Both the position numbers and the translations under genes were made by a program. The notes beneath the pieces were generated by a model. That model had not been told where the DNA came from. It saw nothing but the letters and a program-made list of their open reading frames with translations, and made no database searches. Positions 38,619-50,417 of a stretch of 64,000 bases of DNA are shown here, in pieces; position 1 is the stretch's first letter, and each line of letters starts with the position of its first letter. Origin of the DNA: Halorarum halobium (GTDB lineage: Archaea; Halobacteriota; Halobacteria; Halobacteriales; Haloferacaceae); assembly GCF_032116555.1 (NCBI RefSeq), contig NZ_CP134949.1, positions 1,612,001-1,676,000 on the forward strand. The letters run 5' to 3'.

Positions 38619-40873
38619 AACTCACCGTCAAACCACTGAAGCAGAAGGACGCGGGCAGGCGGCTTGCGGCCATCGACCGCGTCGCGGCCGAGGAACTCGA
38701 CCTCGCGGGAGGCGACTACATCCGGCTCGAAGGTGACTCGACGGCCATCGCGCGCGTCTGGCCGGGCTACCCCGAGGACGACGACACGGGCGTCGTCCGC
38801 ATCGACGGCCAGCTTCGACAGGAGGCCGGCGCCGGGATCGACGACCGCGTGACCGTCGAGTCGGCGGACGTCGAACCCGCACAGCGCATCACCATCGCGC
38901 TGCCCCAGCAGTTCGGGATCCGCGGCAACGTCGGCTCGATCATCCGCGACAAGCTCTCGGGCCAGCCAGTCACGCAGGGCCAGACCATCCGGTTCCCGCT
39001 CGGGCTCGGACTGATGGGCGGCGGGTCGCAGGCCGTGCCGCTGAAGATCGCCTCGACCCAGCCGAGCGGGACGGTCGTCATCACCGACTCGACCGACGTG
39101 GACATCTCCGAGAAACCGGCAGAAGAGATCGCCGAGAGCGCCGCGACCGGCGCGGAGACGCCCGACGTCACCTACGAGGACATCGGCGGGCTCGACAACG
39201 AACTCGAGCAGGTCCGCGAGATGATCGAACTGCCGATGCGCCACCCGGAGCTGTTCAAGCGCCTCGGCATCGAACCGCCGAAGGGCGTGCTCCTCCACGG
39301 ACCGCCCGGCACCGGGAAGACGCTCATCGCCAAGGCCGTCGCCAACGAGATCGACGCGCACTTCCAGACGCTCTCGGGCCCCGAGATCATGTCGAAGTAC
39401 TACGGGGAGTCCGAAGAGCAGCTTCGCGAGGTGTTCGAGGAGGCAGAGGAGAACGCCCCCGCGATCATCTTCATGGACGAACTCGACTCCATCGCGGCCA
39501 AGCGCGAGGAGGCCGGCGGCGACGTCGAGCGCCGCGTCGTCGCACAGCTACTCTCGCTGATGGACGGGCTGGAGGACCGCGGCGAGGTCGTCGTCATCGG
39601 CGCGACGAACCGGGTCGACGCCATCGACCCCGCGCTCCGGCGCGGCGGGCGCTTCGACCGCGAGATCGAGATCGGCGTGCCCGACCGTGACGGCCGCAAG
39701 GAGATCCTGCAGGTCCACACGCGCAACATGCCGCTCACGGAAGATATCGACCTCGACGAGTACGCGGAGTCGACCCACGGCTTCGTGGGCGCGGACCTCG
39801 AATCGCTGGCGAAGGAGGCCGGGATGAACGCGCTCCGGCGCATCCGCCCGCAACTGGATCTCGACGCAGAGGAGATCGACGCCGAGGTGCTCGACTCCAT
39901 CGAGGTCCGCGAGTCGGACGTGAAGGACGCGATGAAGGGCATCGAGCCCTCCGCGCTGCGGGAGGTGTTCGTCGAGGTACCGGACGTGACCTGGGCCGAC
40001 GTCGGGGGCCTCGAGGACACGAAGGAGCGCCTCCGCGAGACGATCCAGTGGCCCCTCGAGTACCCCGAGGTGTTCGAGGCCATGGACATGCAGTCCGCGA
40101 AGGGCGTGATGATGTACGGCCCGCCGGGGACCGGCAAGACGCTGCTCGCGAAGGCCATCGCCAACGAGTCGGAGTCGAACTTCATCTCGGTGAAGGGGCC
40201 CGAACTGCTCAACAAGTTCGTCGGCGAGTCGGAGAAGGGCGTCCGCGAGGTGTTCAGCAAGGCGCGCGAGAACGCCCCGACGGTCATCTTCTTCGACGAG
40301 ATCGACTCGCTCGCCACCGAGCGTGGCCGCAACACGGGCGACTCGGGCGTCTCCGAGCGGGTCGTCTCACAGCTCCTGACCGAACTGGACGGCCTGGAGA
40401 CGCTGGAGGACGTAGTGGTCATCGCGACGACGAACCGCCCGGACCTCATCGACTCGGCGCTGCTGCGGCCGGGCCGCCTGGACCGCCACGTCCACGTGCC
40501 GGTGCCGGACGAGGAGGCCCGCAGGGCCATCTTCGGGGTCCACACCCAGCAGAAGCCGCTGGCCGACGACGTCGACCTCGATTCACTGGCTCGCCGGACG
40601 GACGGCTACGTCGGCGCCGACATCGAGGCCGTGACCCGCGAGGCGTCGATGAACGCCTCCCGGGAGTTCATCGAGTCGGTGGCCCCCGACGAGGTCGCCG
40701 ACTCGGTCGGCAACGTCCGCATCACGATGGACCACTTCGAGACGGCCCTGGACGAGGTGAATCCCTCGGTCACCCCCGAGACCATCGAGCGCTACGACGA
40801 GATCGAGAAGCGGTTCCGGCAGGCCGAGACGGCCGAGCCCGAGGAAGGGGAACTGGGTCGGACGTTCCAGTAG
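38615..40873 (+). CDS. cdc48: CDC48/VCP AAA+ ATPase
   Basis: Two GPPGTGKT Walker A motifs, [28 protein letters not shown]. Confidence 0.97.
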   Translation: MKLTVKPLKQKDAGRRLAAIDRVAAEELDLAGGDYIRLEGDSTAIARVWPGYPEDDDTGVVRIDGQLRQEAGAGIDDRVTVESADVEPAQRITIALPQQFGIRGNVGSIIRDKLSGQPVTQGQTIRFPLGLGLMGGGSQAVPLKIASTQPSGTVVITDSTDVDISEKPAEEIAESAATGAETPDVTYEDIGGLDNELEQVREMIELPMRHPELFKRLGIEPPKGVLLHGPPGTGKTLIAKAVANEIDAHFQTLSGPEIMSKYYGESEEQLREVFEEAEENAPAIIFMDELDSIAAKREEAGGDVERRVVAQLLSLMDGLEDRGEVVVIGATNRVDAIDPALRRGGRFDREIEIGVPDRDGRKEILQVHTRNMPLTEDIDLDEYAESTHGFVGADLESLAKEAGMNALRRIRPQLDLDAEEIDAEVLDSIEVRESDVKDAMKGIEPSALREVFVEVPDVTWADVGGLEDTKERLRETIQWPLEYPEVFEAMDMQSAKGVMMYGPPGTGKTLLAKAIANESESNFISVKGPELLNKFVGESEKGVREVFSKARENAPTVIFFDEIDSLATERGRNTGDSGVSERVVSQLLTELDGLETLEDVVVIATTNRPDLIDSALLRPGRLDRHVHVPVPDEEARRAIFGVHTQQKPLADDVDLDSLARRTDGYVGADIEAVTREASMNASREFIESVAPDEVADSVGNVRITMDHFETALDEVNPSVTPETIERYDEIEKRFRQAETAEPEEGELGRTFQ

Positions 40874-41060
40874 ACCGACCGCTTTTGACCGGGGTCCTCC
40901 TCGGTCGGCCGCGTTCGCCGCGCGTCCCTCGCTCGCGGTGCGGACGCTGCTGACGACTGCACCGGGCGTCTTCCGAGCGACCGACCAACGTTGCTTCGGA
41001 TCGCGGACACGGTTGCCTCCTCGCGGATACTTATCGACGGTACCGACTTGCCAGATTTCG

Positions 41061-41234
41061 ATGGTATATCAATCCACCTCCTCGGGTGGAGAACCGGAGC
41101 TATTCATAAAATGCACTGAATGTGGCCAAATACTAACCGGTCAGGAGACGGAGGACGGGTCCCTCCGGCCGATCGGAACCGACGGAACCTGTCCCTGCGG
41201 GAGTACGGAGTTCAGCTCGTTCAGCGAGCGCTGA
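41061..41234 (+). CDS. small CPxCG-related zinc-finger protein
   Basis: CTECG...RPIG...CPCGSTEF. Confidence 0.75.
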   Translation: MVYQSTSSGGEPELFIKCTECGQILTGQETEDGSLRPIGTDGTCPCGSTEFSSFSER

Positions 41235-41306
41235 GCGTCGTCGAACGGTTCGACCGACGAAATCGACGACCTGCTCCCGCTCGTTGCGGATCGTGGTCCC
41301 GCTCGC

Positions 41307-41642
41307 CTACTCCCGTTTCAACCCGCCGCGCTGTTTGATCTGCATGATGCGCCGCACGTTCAGGTAGATCTCCTCGGGCGAGGTGTCCTCCGCGGGGTCA
41401 TAGAGGTCGGAGACGCGGTAGAGCAGCGCCGAGAGCTGTTTCGACTCGCTGGACTCGTCGCGGACGTCCTCCGCGATCGCCCGGATGAACTCCCGTCGCG
41501 TCTCGTCGGGGACGAACTCGGCGGCCGAATCCGGCGCGAGCGCCCAGTCCTCGTCGTCCTGACGGTCGGACGGGAGCTCGTCCGCGTCGGACACGGCGCC
41601 GGCTTCCGAACTCCCGTCGGAACCGTCGTCCGGGTCGGTCAT
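41307..41642 (-). CDS. hypothetical protein
   Basis: SSESKQLSALLYRVSDLYD...EEIYLNV. Confidence 0.75.
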   Translation of the reverse strand: MTDPDDGSDGSSEAGAVSDADELPSDRQDDEDWALAPDSAAEFVPDETRREFIRAIAEDVRDESSESKQLSALLYRVSDLYDPAEDTSPEEIYLNVRRIMQIKQRGGLKRE

Positions 41643-41674
41643 GGGGGATTCGTGTTCCGCGGCCGCCTAAGCCC

Positions 41675-42745
41675 TTACTGAGTCGGGGCGTCGGTGGTCG
41701 AGTGACTGCTCACTTTCCGTCGCTGCACGACGCCGACGTTGTTGGCGACGTTCTCGGTGACGAGTTTGAACGCGTCCGCCGTCTCCGAGTCCTCGCGCAA
41801 CACGATGGGCTCCCCGCCGTCGCCGCCCTTCCTGACCGCCGGGTCGAGCGGGACGCCGCCGAGGAACGGCAGGTCGTTGTCCGCGGCGAACGCCTTCCCG
41901 CCGCCCTTGCCGAACACCTCGTGCTCGCTGCCGCAGTCGGGACAGACGAACCCGCTCATGTTCTCGACGATGCCGAGCACGTTCGTCTCGTGCTTGCCGA
42001 ACATCCGCAGGCCCTTGTTCGCGTCGTCGAGCGCGACGTCCTCGGGCGTCGTGGCGATGACCGCGCCCGTGAGCGGCATCGTCTGGAGGATGGTCAGCTG
42101 CGTGTCGCCCGTCCCCGGCGGCAGGTCGAGCACCATGTAGTCGAGGTGGCCCCACTCGACGTCCTCGACGAGCTGGGTGAGCACCTTGTGGACCATCGGC
42201 CCGCGCCAGATGACGGGGTCGTCCTCCCCGACGAGGAACGCCATGCTCATCAGGCGCATCCCGTACTTCTCGGGGGGCACGATCGTCTCCTCGCCCGTCG
42301 CCTTCGGTGCCTCGTCGGCGTCGACCATCCGCGGCACGTTCGGCCCGTACACGTCGGCGTCGAACAGGCCGACTCTCGCACCCAGTTTCGAGAGCCCGGC
42401 CGCGAGGTTCACCGCGACCGTCGACTTCCCGACCCCGCCCTTTCCGGACGCGACCGCGATGACGTTCGTCACGTTCGGCAACACCGCGTCCTCCCCCGCC
42501 ACCTCGCCGGGGATGTTCGCCGAGAGGTCGACGTCGTAGCCGGTCCCGTCGAGTTCCTCCCGGACCCGGCCGGCCATCGCCGTCTCGTCGGGCGAGTACG
42601 GCGCGCCGAGCGCGAGCGAGACGCGAACCTCGCCCGCGTCGTCGTCCACCTCGACGGCGTTCACCAGCCCCAGCGAGACGATGTCGTCGCCGAGCGCGGG
42701 GTCCTCGACGGCCGTGAGTCGCTCACGAACCGTTGCTTCGTCCAT
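41675..42745 (-). CDS. mrp: Mrp/NBP35 Fe-S cluster carrier ATPase
   Basis: SGKGGVGKST, DADVYGP, DLPPGTGD, ENMS..CPDC. Confidence 0.93.
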   Translation of the reverse strand: MDEATVRERLTAVEDPALGDDIVSLGLVNAVEVDDDAGEVRVSLALGAPYSPDETAMAGRVREELDGTGYDVDLSANIPGEVAGEDAVLPNVTNVIAVASGKGGVGKSTVAVNLAAGLSKLGARVGLFDADVYGPNVPRMVDADEAPKATGEETIVPPEKYGMRLMSMAFLVGEDDPVIWRGPMVHKVLTQLVEDVEWGHLDYMVLDLPPGTGDTQLTILQTMPLTGAVIATTPEDVALDDANKGLRMFGKHETNVLGIVENMSGFVCPDCGSEHEVFGKGGGKAFAADNDLPFLGGVPLDPAVRKGGDGGEPIVLREDSETADAFKLVTENVANNVGVVQRRKVSSHSTTDAPTQ

Positions 42746-42891
42746 GTCCCACCCTCGGCGAGCGCGGCGAATAAGGATTGTGAAGGGGTGACAGCGAGTT
42801 CGACGGTCGCGGCCCGTCGTAACTTCGATCGGTTACGTTTTCCTCCGAGTGTGCCACAGGTTCAAGTCCGTCCGCGCCGAGAATTCATCCC

Positions 42892-43860
42892 ATGGAGACG
42901 CCCCTGGCGGACGACTTCGGGCGCGCCGTGACCGGGGTGCGCGTCTCGCTCACGGACCGGTGCAACTTCGACTGCGTCTACTGTCACAACGAGGGGCTGG
43001 GAGACACGCGCGGCCCGATGGACCCGCAGGACGACGAGATGTCGGCTGACGACGTCGTCCGCTTTCTGGAGGTCGCCGCCGAGTTCGGCGTCGACTCCGT
43101 GAAGTTCACGGGCGGCGAGCCGATGCTCCGCGATGACCTGGAGGAGATCGTCCGCCGCACGCCGGACTCGATGGAGACGTCCATGACGACGAACGGGACG
43201 TTCCTCCCGGGTCGCGCCGAGGGACTGGTCGACGCCGGCCTCGACCGCGTGAACGTCTCGCAGGACGCGCTCGACCCGGACGAGTTCGCCGAGATCACGA
43301 AGTCGGGCGCGTACGACAGGGTGATGGAAGGGGTCGAGGCCGCCCTGGACGCGGGGCTCGCCCCGCTGAAGCTGAACATGGTCGTGTTCGAGCACACCGC
43401 CGGCTACGTCGAGGGGATGGTCGAGCACGTCGCCGACAACAACGGCCTCCAGCTCCAGCTCATCGAGTACATGCCCGAACTCACGGGCCGGCCCGAGTGG
43501 AACGTCGACATCGGGCGCGTCCACGACTGGCTCGCCGACATCGCGGACCGCGTCGAGCACCGCGAGATGCACGACCGGCGGCGCTACTTCGTGGCCGGCG
43601 GGATGGTCGAGATCGTCGATCCCGTCGAGAACGAGACGTTCTGTGCCAACTGCGGGCGCGTCCGGGTCACCCACGAGGGCTACCTGAAGGGCTGTCTCAA
43701 CCGCAACGACGACCTGAAGTCGATGGGCGAGATGACGAAGCCGGAGATCAGGGAGGCGTACCGCGAGGTCGTCGCCGACCGCGTCCCGTACTACGGCGAG
43801 TACCTCGTCGAGAACGACCGCGGCGAGTACGAGATCAACGAGGAGTACATCGGCGCGTAA
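42892..43860 (+). CDS. moaA: GTP 3',8-cyclase
   Basis: [29 protein letters not shown]...KGCL. Confidence 0.95.
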   Translation: METPLADDFGRAVTGVRVSLTDRCNFDCVYCHNEGLGDTRGPMDPQDDEMSADDVVRFLEVAAEFGVDSVKFTGGEPMLRDDLEEIVRRTPDSMETSMTTNGTFLPGRAEGLVDAGLDRVNVSQDALDPDEFAEITKSGAYDRVMEGVEAALDAGLAPLKLNMVVFEHTAGYVEGMVEHVADNNGLQLQLIEYMPELTGRPEWNVDIGRVHDWLADIADRVEHREMHDRRRYFVAGGMVEIVDPVENETFCANCGRVRVTHEGYLKGCLNRNDDLKSMGEMTKPEIREAYREVVADRVPYYGEYLVENDRGEYEINEEYIGA

Positions 43861-43920
43861 CCCGATCGCCGGTCCCGTCGACCACCCCGGTTTTTGGCGT
43901 CCTGGTCCGTTCCTGCTGGC

Positions 43921-44313
<393 letters not shown>

Positions 44314-44432
44314 TCGAGCGTCCGACACGTCTCGCTGCCCGAGCGTCCGTCGACTCACGTCGGCGACTCACGCCCGGTGACACCGACGTCACCGACGGCC
44401 ACACCTAAGCGACCGGCGGGCCGATGACGCGT

Positions 44433-44627
44433 ATGACCTGTCCACACCTGGAGTATCGCGACTCGCACGGCGAGAGGGAGTTCGAGACGGCGCGCGCGTT
44501 CTGCACCGTCACTGACACGTTCGTCCAGCCGGTGCGCGCGGACATCTGCAACGAGCGGTACGACCTCGACCCCGAGGCCGACTGCAAGTACTTCCGCGAG
44601 CACGCGGGGCTCGACTGGGACGAATGA
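44433..44627 (+). CDS. small four-Cys protein
   Basis: MTCPHL...FC...IC...DC; ATGA overlap with the next gene. Confidence 0.75.
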   Translation: MTCPHLEYRDSHGEREFETARAFCTVTDTFVQPVRADICNERYDLDPEADCKYFREHAGLDWDE

Positions 44628-45457
44628 CCTACGAAGAGTACCTCGACGGCAAACCCGTCGTCATCACGGCGGCGCTGACGGGAGGTATCCAGGGGAAGGA
44701 GACGCATCCGGGGCTGCCGGAGACCCCCGACGAGATCGCGGCGGCGGCCGCTGCCTGCGAGGAGGCAGGCGCGGCGGTCGTCCACCTCCACGCGCGCAGA
44801 GAGAACGGCGAGCGCGCGTTCTCGACCGAGCGCTTCCAGGCGGTGACCGACGCCGTGCGCGAGGCGACCGGGAATCTCATCATCCAGCACTCGACCGGCG
44901 GGACGGCCGCGCCGGACGCGCTCCGCGCCGAACCCCTCCGGACTGACCCGGCACCTGAGATGGCGAGCCTCGACATGGGCCCGATGAACCGCGGGCGACG
45001 CCTGACGAGCGAGAACACCCGCGACACGATCGACGGCCTCCACGCCGAGATGCGCGAGCGGGGGATCAAGCCCGAACTGGAGGTGTTCAACAGCGGCCAC
45101 CTCAACGAGTCGTTCCGCATCGTCGAGGAACTGGACGCTCCGCCGTACCTGAACCTCATCTTCGGCCCCGGGACGCTCTCGCCGCCGTCGCCGGCGAACG
45201 TCCAGAACATGGTCGACCAGCTCCCCGACGGCGCGGAGTTCAACGTCATCGGGTTCGGTCCCCACCAGCTCCCGCTGACGACCCAGTCGCTGCTGCTGGG
45301 CGGCCACGTCCGCGTCGGCCTCGAGGACAACAGCTACTACCGGAAAGGCGAGCGCGCGACGAACGAGCGACTCGTCGAGCGCGCGGCCCGGATCGCCGAG
45401 GAACTGGGCCGGCCCGTCGCCTCGCCCGCGGCGGCGCGCGACCTGCTCGGCATCTGA
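44624..45457 (+). CDS. beta-keto acid cleavage enzyme (BKACE/Kce family)
   Basis: ITAALTG, VHLHAR, STGG, KPELE, HVRVGLED. Confidence 0.92.
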   Translation: MTYEEYLDGKPVVITAALTGGIQGKETHPGLPETPDEIAAAAAACEEAGAAVVHLHARRENGERAFSTERFQAVTDAVREATGNLIIQHSTGGTAAPDALRAEPLRTDPAPEMASLDMGPMNRGRRLTSENTRDTIDGLHAEMRERGIKPELEVFNSGHLNESFRIVEELDAPPYLNLIFGPGTLSPPSPANVQNMVDQLPDGAEFNVIGFGPHQLPLTTQSLLLGGHVRVGLEDNSYYRKGERATNERLVERAARIAEELGRPVASPAAARDLLGI

Positions 45458-45549
45458 CTCCGATCGACCGTCGCGCTCCGACCGGGGCCGACCATCGCGT
45501 CCGTGGATTCCGCCAGAACGTCTTTCCCCTCCCACCCACAGGCTCCGGT

Positions 45550-46944
45550 ATGAACGAGGGACGGTGGGACGGGCCCGAGGCGGTGGCCCGTCGTCTCGCG
45601 GACCGCGCGCGGTCACTGTCCGGCGACGACACCCGCCCGGCGTTCCCCCCCGTCGAACCGGCTCGGCGGGTGGACCCCCACGACGCGTTCGCACGCGCCA
45701 TCGAGACGCCCGAAGCGGTCGAGGGTCCCCTCGGGGACCTCGACGTCTCGACGAAGGACAACGTCGCGGTCCGGGGAGTCACCCACCGGGCGGGGACCGG
45801 CGGGCTGGCCTGGGAGCCGACCCACGACGCGACCGTCGTCGAGCGACTCCGGGCTGCCGGCGCCGACCTCGTGGGCACGACCCGGATGGACCCGTTCGCG
45901 CTCGGCGTGACCGGGGAGGCCTGCGTCGCGGGCAGGACGGAGAACCCGACCGTCCCCGGCGCGGTTCCGGGCGGCTCCTCGAGCGGGAGCGCGGCCACGG
46001 TGGCTACCGGTGCCGCCGACGCGTCACTCGGCACCGACACCGCCGGTAGCGTCCGCGTGCCGGCCGCGTTCTGTGGCGTCGTCGGCGTGAAACCGACGTT
46101 CGATCTCGTCCCGCGGACCGGCGTCCTCGACCTGGCGCCGACGCTCGATCACGTCGGCGTGCTGGCCGAGGACGTCGAGACTGCGAGCCGGGTGCTCGAG
46201 GTCGTCAGCGGCGGCGACCCGCTCAGGCCCGCGACGGCCCACGCCGAGCGCCTCTCGCTCGCCGAGTCGCTCGATTCCCGACTCGGCCGGGTCCGCGTCG
46301 GCGTCCCGGAGCCGTTCGTCGGCGCGGCCGGGACCGGCGTGCGGGCGACGTTCGAGGGGACGCTGGCGGAACTCTCGGGCCGCCCCGGCGTGACCGTCGA
46401 ACGGGTCGCGTTCCCCGAGCACGACGACGCTCGGATCCTCAACCAGCTCCACACGCTGCGGGAGTTCGCCGAACTGCGCGAACGCGGCGGTCACCCGGTC
46501 GGTGACGGTCGCTTCCCGGAGATGCGTGCCGCACTGTCGACGAGCCTCGCGGAGGCTGACGTCCCGCCGCGCGTTCGCCGGCTCGCGGCGGCCGGCGAGC
46601 GGTTGCGGACCGAGGGGCGGGACGCGTACGGCGCGGCCTGGGACGCCCGTCGCCGGCAGGTCCGCCGGGTCGAGGCGTGCTTCGACCGGGTCGACGTACT
46701 CGCGACGCCGACGACGCCCGTGACGGCTCCGGCGTTCGGAACCGTCGGGGACCGCGCCGGACACGACGTCTCGCCCGCCGAGATCGTCTCGAACACCGCG
46801 CCGTTCAACAACACCGGTTCGCCCGCGGTCTCGGTCCCGTGCGGTCGGCACGCGGGCTCGCCGGTCGGTCTGCAGATCGCCGCGCCGCGCGGCGAGGACG
46901 CGCTCGCGCTCCGGGTCGCGCTCGCGGTCGAGCGCCTCGATTGA
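45550..46944 (+). CDS. amidase signature family protein
   Basis: TKDN, GGSSSGS, GTDTAGSVRVPA. Confidence 0.9.
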   Translation: MNEGRWDGPEAVARRLADRARSLSGDDTRPAFPPVEPARRVDPHDAFARAIETPEAVEGPLGDLDVSTKDNVAVRGVTHRAGTGGLAWEPTHDATVVERLRAAGADLVGTTRMDPFALGVTGEACVAGRTENPTVPGAVPGGSSSGSAATVATGAADASLGTDTAGSVRVPAAFCGVVGVKPTFDLVPRTGVLDLAPTLDHVGVLAEDVETASRVLEVVSGGDPLRPATAHAERLSLAESLDSRLGRVRVGVPEPFVGAAGTGVRATFEGTLAELSGRPGVTVERVAFPEHDDARILNQLHTLREFAELRERGGHPVGDGRFPEMRAALSTSLAEADVPPRVRRLAAAGERLRTEGRDAYGAAWDARRRQVRRVEACFDRVDVLATPTTPVTAPAFGTVGDRAGHDVSPAEIVSNTAPFNNTGSPAVSVPCGRHAGSPVGLQIAAPRGEDALALRVALAVERLD

Positions 46945-47018
46945 CGCGTGTCCGTTGACGAGTATCAGTCGACGTGTCGCCGTCGAGGCGTTTCGGCAGG
47001 TGCCTCCGTCGACCAGTC

Positions 47019-47516
47019 TCAGTTGAGGAGCAGGACGAAGACGACGAACCCCACGAGCATCGAGAACGTCAGGAGGAACTGGGCCGCGGCGGAGGCGAGC
47101 AGCCCCACGATCGTCCATCCCGACGTCACGGCCGCCTCCTCGAACTCCTTTCCGGCGTACAGCTCCGAGCCGAGGACGACGGCGACGACGCCGAGCACCA
47201 CCCCGAGCGGGCCGAAGACGAACAGGAGGGCGAACGACGCCACGGCGGCGAGAACCATCGTCTTCGTCTCGGCCCCGCCGGCCTTCGACGCCAGCGCGCC
47301 GCCGAAGTGGTCGACGGCCGCCGTGAGCAGCCCGACGACCGTGAACCCGAGCAGGAGCCAGAGTCCGAGGTCGTTCCCCCCGCCCGGTGCGTCGAAGACG
47401 TAGTAGACGTATACGCCCGCCAGCGAGGCGAGCCCCGCCGGGACGAGCGGGACCACGCTCCCGACGACGCCGGCGACGAGGAGGAGGAGGGCGACGACCG
47501 TGACGAGTTCGACCAT
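47019..47516 (-). CDS. DUF456 membrane protein
   Basis: GSVVPLVP, FGPLG and several TM helices. Confidence 0.8.
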   Translation of the reverse strand: MVELVTVVALLLLVAGVVGSVVPLVPAGLASLAGVYVYYVFDAPGGGNDLGLWLLLGFTVVGLLTAAVDHFGGALASKAGGAETKTMVLAAVASFALLFVFGPLGVVLGVVAVVLGSELYAGKEFEEAAVTSGWTIVGLLASAAAQFLLTFSMLVGFVVFVLLLN

Positions 47517-47564
47517 GTCGTCGCGGACGCCGGCGAACGGCATGAACCCACGGGTCGGGCGGCG

Positions 47565-49799
47565 TCAGTCGAACCGTTCGCGTTCCGTTCGTGCCACCTC
47601 GCCGCCGTACTCGGTCACGAGGGCCCGATACGCCTCCCCCAGCGCCCGCATGCACTGTCTCGTCGAGACGAACTCGAGTTCCTCGGCGACCTGCTCCCAC
47701 GAGTGAGCCTGCAACACCTTGCGGACGAGCAACCGTTCCGCTCTCGGTTCGAGCGGCACGCGGTCCTCCAGCAGGTGCGCGAGCGCGAGCCGACGGAACG
47801 GCCCCGGCGACGCGTCGTACAGCCCGGGGCCGAACGACGCGCCGACGGCGACGCGCCACTCGTACTCGGAGAGGTCCGGCAGCGGCGCGGCGTCGGCCGC
47901 ACAGGCGCGGAGGACGGTCCGAACCACGTCCGGGTCGACCGCACGGAGCGCGTCCTGAAGGACGGCCACGAGCCGGTCGCGGAACCGTGCGGCGTTGCGG
48001 TCGTGGAGCGCCCGACCCGCTTCGGATTCGGGTCGGAGCATCACCGCCGAGTGTTCGCCGCTCGCCTCGTTTCGGGTGGTCGCCAGGTGGACCGGCCGGT
48101 AGCCGTTCCGCCGCCAGAACCGGAGGAGTTCGGGCGTCGCCCCGAAGCCGGTGCTGAGGTAGTCCACGTCGTCGCCGAACTCCTCGCGGATCTCTCCGAG
48201 GAGCAGCGAGCCCAGTCCCTCGGAGCGAACCGCGTGGTGGGTCGCGATCCGCATGACGCGGATGCCGACCGGCGCGGCCGCCCGGCGGTCCCTGAGCTGG
48301 CTCGTCAGCACGTCGGGGACCATGTTTCCCCGGACGCGGACGCCCTCGTACATCGACTCGCGCGTCTCGCGCTCGAGGCCGCCCTCCCGCGCGAGCAGCG
48401 CGACCGAAACCACGTTCCCCTCGTGGGTGAGTGCCCGGACGGAGACGTTCGGCGCGTCGAGCAGTCGCGCGAGGTCGTTCGGTTCGGTCCGGTAGTGGGC
48501 CAGCACGAGCAGCCCGAACGTTTCCCTCAGCAGCCGCTCGTCCGAACGCAGGGCCTCCCGTTCGAGCACGTCGTAGCGGGCGGAGCCCGGCGACGCGTCG
48601 GCGACGGCCTCGTCGACCGCCGGCCGCGCGTCGAGCAACAGCGCGCGGAACGCCCACGATTCGACCGGGTCGCCCCGGGCATACCGGATCGGGTCCTCCA
48701 GCCGGATCTCGGAGCCGTCGTGGCCGGACCGGCGCAGGCGGTCGCGGAACCGGACGGAGAACCCGCGGCCGGCACCCTCGTACCCGTGGACGGTCGTGAC
48801 GAAGGCGGCCGACGGGGCGTCGAGGAAGCGTTCGAGCAGGCGGACCGGGAGCGCCGCCGCCTCGTCGACGATGGCCACGTCGGCGTCGGCCGCCTCGGCC
48901 GCGGCGTCGGCGGCGGGGTGGAATCGGACTGTCCCGCCGGTCGTCGTTCGGAGCCGCCGCTCCTCGCCCGACGCGAGGTTCCCCTCCTCGGACAGCAGCG
49001 CCCGCGCCCGGTCGAACAGCGCCGCCGCGCCGCCGAACTCGGGAGCCGTCACGAGCACGTCCCTGCCCTCGCCGGCGAGGCTCCCTGCGGCGAGGCCGGC
49101 CGCGCTGGACTTGCCGCGCCCGCGGTCCGCCTCGATCACGACCGCGCTGTCCGGCTCCGCGAGCCGTTCGAGTTCCCTGACGGCCCGCGACTGGTCGCGG
49201 GTGAGACAGGCTCCGTACGCACGCTCGGGGAACCGCGTCCCGGCCGGAACCCGCGGCTCTGGCTCCGAGGGCGGCGCTCCCCCGCCGGTCAGCCCGTCGC
49301 GTTCGAGGACCGCCGCGTCGGCGTCGTAGACGGCGACGCCGGGGTGCCCGCGGATCGTCTCGACGAGCCGCGTGCGGAACCGACCGGTCACGTCGTCGAG
49401 ATCGAACGGCGGGACCGCAAGCGACTCGTCGAAGCCGTCCCGCCGGTCGGGCCACTCGTCCAGCGGCGGTGCGAGCAGCACGTAGAGCCCGCCGCCGTCG
49501 ACGGCGCCGACGGACTGCCCCAGCGCGTTCGGCGAGAACTCCGCGAACGCGTCCACGACGACGGCCTCGCGCGTCGTGCCGAGCAGCCGGTCGGCGTGTT
49601 TCGGGCGCAGTCGCTCGTACCTGAACCCCTCCCGCGTCGTCAACAGCGTCGCGTCCTCGGCGTCGACGTCGGCCGAGTCGAGGACCGTGTAGGCGGCGTC
49701 GACGCAGCGGTCGCGGTCGCCGTGGACGACGAGCAGCCGTCGCTGGTCGGTCTCGCGGGCCTCCGCACGAATGGCCTCGACCGCCGCGTTCAGCGACAT
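47565..49799 (-). CDS. tmcA: RNA cytidine N4-acetyltransferase
   Basis: ADRGRGKS, VDEAA, TVHGYEGAGRGF, AHYRTEPNDL, RIATH. Confidence 0.95.
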   Translation of the reverse strand: MSLNAAVEAIRAEARETDQRRLLVVHGDRDRCVDAAYTVLDSADVDAEDATLLTTREGFRYERLRPKHADRLLGTTREAVVVDAFAEFSPNALGQSVGAVDGGGLYVLLAPPLDEWPDRRDGFDESLAVPPFDLDDVTGRFRTRLVETIRGHPGVAVYDADAAVLERDGLTGGGAPPSEPEPRVPAGTRFPERAYGACLTRDQSRAVRELERLAEPDSAVVIEADRGRGKSSAAGLAAGSLAGEGRDVLVTAPEFGGAAALFDRARALLSEEGNLASGEERRLRTTTGGTVRFHPAADAAAEAADADVAIVDEAAALPVRLLERFLDAPSAAFVTTVHGYEGAGRGFSVRFRDRLRRSGHDGSEIRLEDPIRYARGDPVESWAFRALLLDARPAVDEAVADASPGSARYDVLEREALRSDERLLRETFGLLVLAHYRTEPNDLARLLDAPNVSVRALTHEGNVVSVALLAREGGLERETRESMYEGVRVRGNMVPDVLTSQLRDRRAAAPVGIRVMRIATHHAVRSEGLGSLLLGEIREEFGDDVDYLSTGFGATPELLRFWRRNGYRPVHLATTRNEASGEHSAVMLRPESEAGRALHDRNAARFRDRLVAVLQDALRAVDPDVVRTVLRACAADAAPLPDLSEYEWRVAVGASFGPGLYDASPGPFRRLALAHLLEDRVPLEPRAERLLVRKVLQAHSWEQVAEELEFVSTRQCMRALGEAYRALVTEYGGEVARTERERFD

Positions 49800-49910
49800 G
49801 GCTCCACCTTTCGCGGTGGGGAGGTTGGGTCTTTCCGTCCGGCCCGCGGCCGCGACCGACCCGGCCCGAACTGTCGGGGACTTTAATTACAGTGGGGCCC
49901 TTGCCGTTAG

Positions 49911-50246
<336 letters not shown>

Positions 50247-50417
50247 GGGTCGGGGACGAGCGGGACGACGAGTTCGCGCCGGGAACGTCCGGCCGCGTTC
50301 GCTCCGTGACGACGTCCGCCTAGCGGCCGTGCCGTGGCGAATTCGGCCGATTCGGCAGTTCACCGCAGCAACAGTTATTAATTTTCGTTAGGAAACGGGG
50401 GACGACGAGTGTTTCCA

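Noticed and set aside
40880..40960. GC-rich tract after cdc48 weakly resembling the 58.5-kb repeat core (CCTCGCTCGCGGTGC)
   Set aside because: The match is too short and the flanking GCCCC motifs and paired stems are missing.
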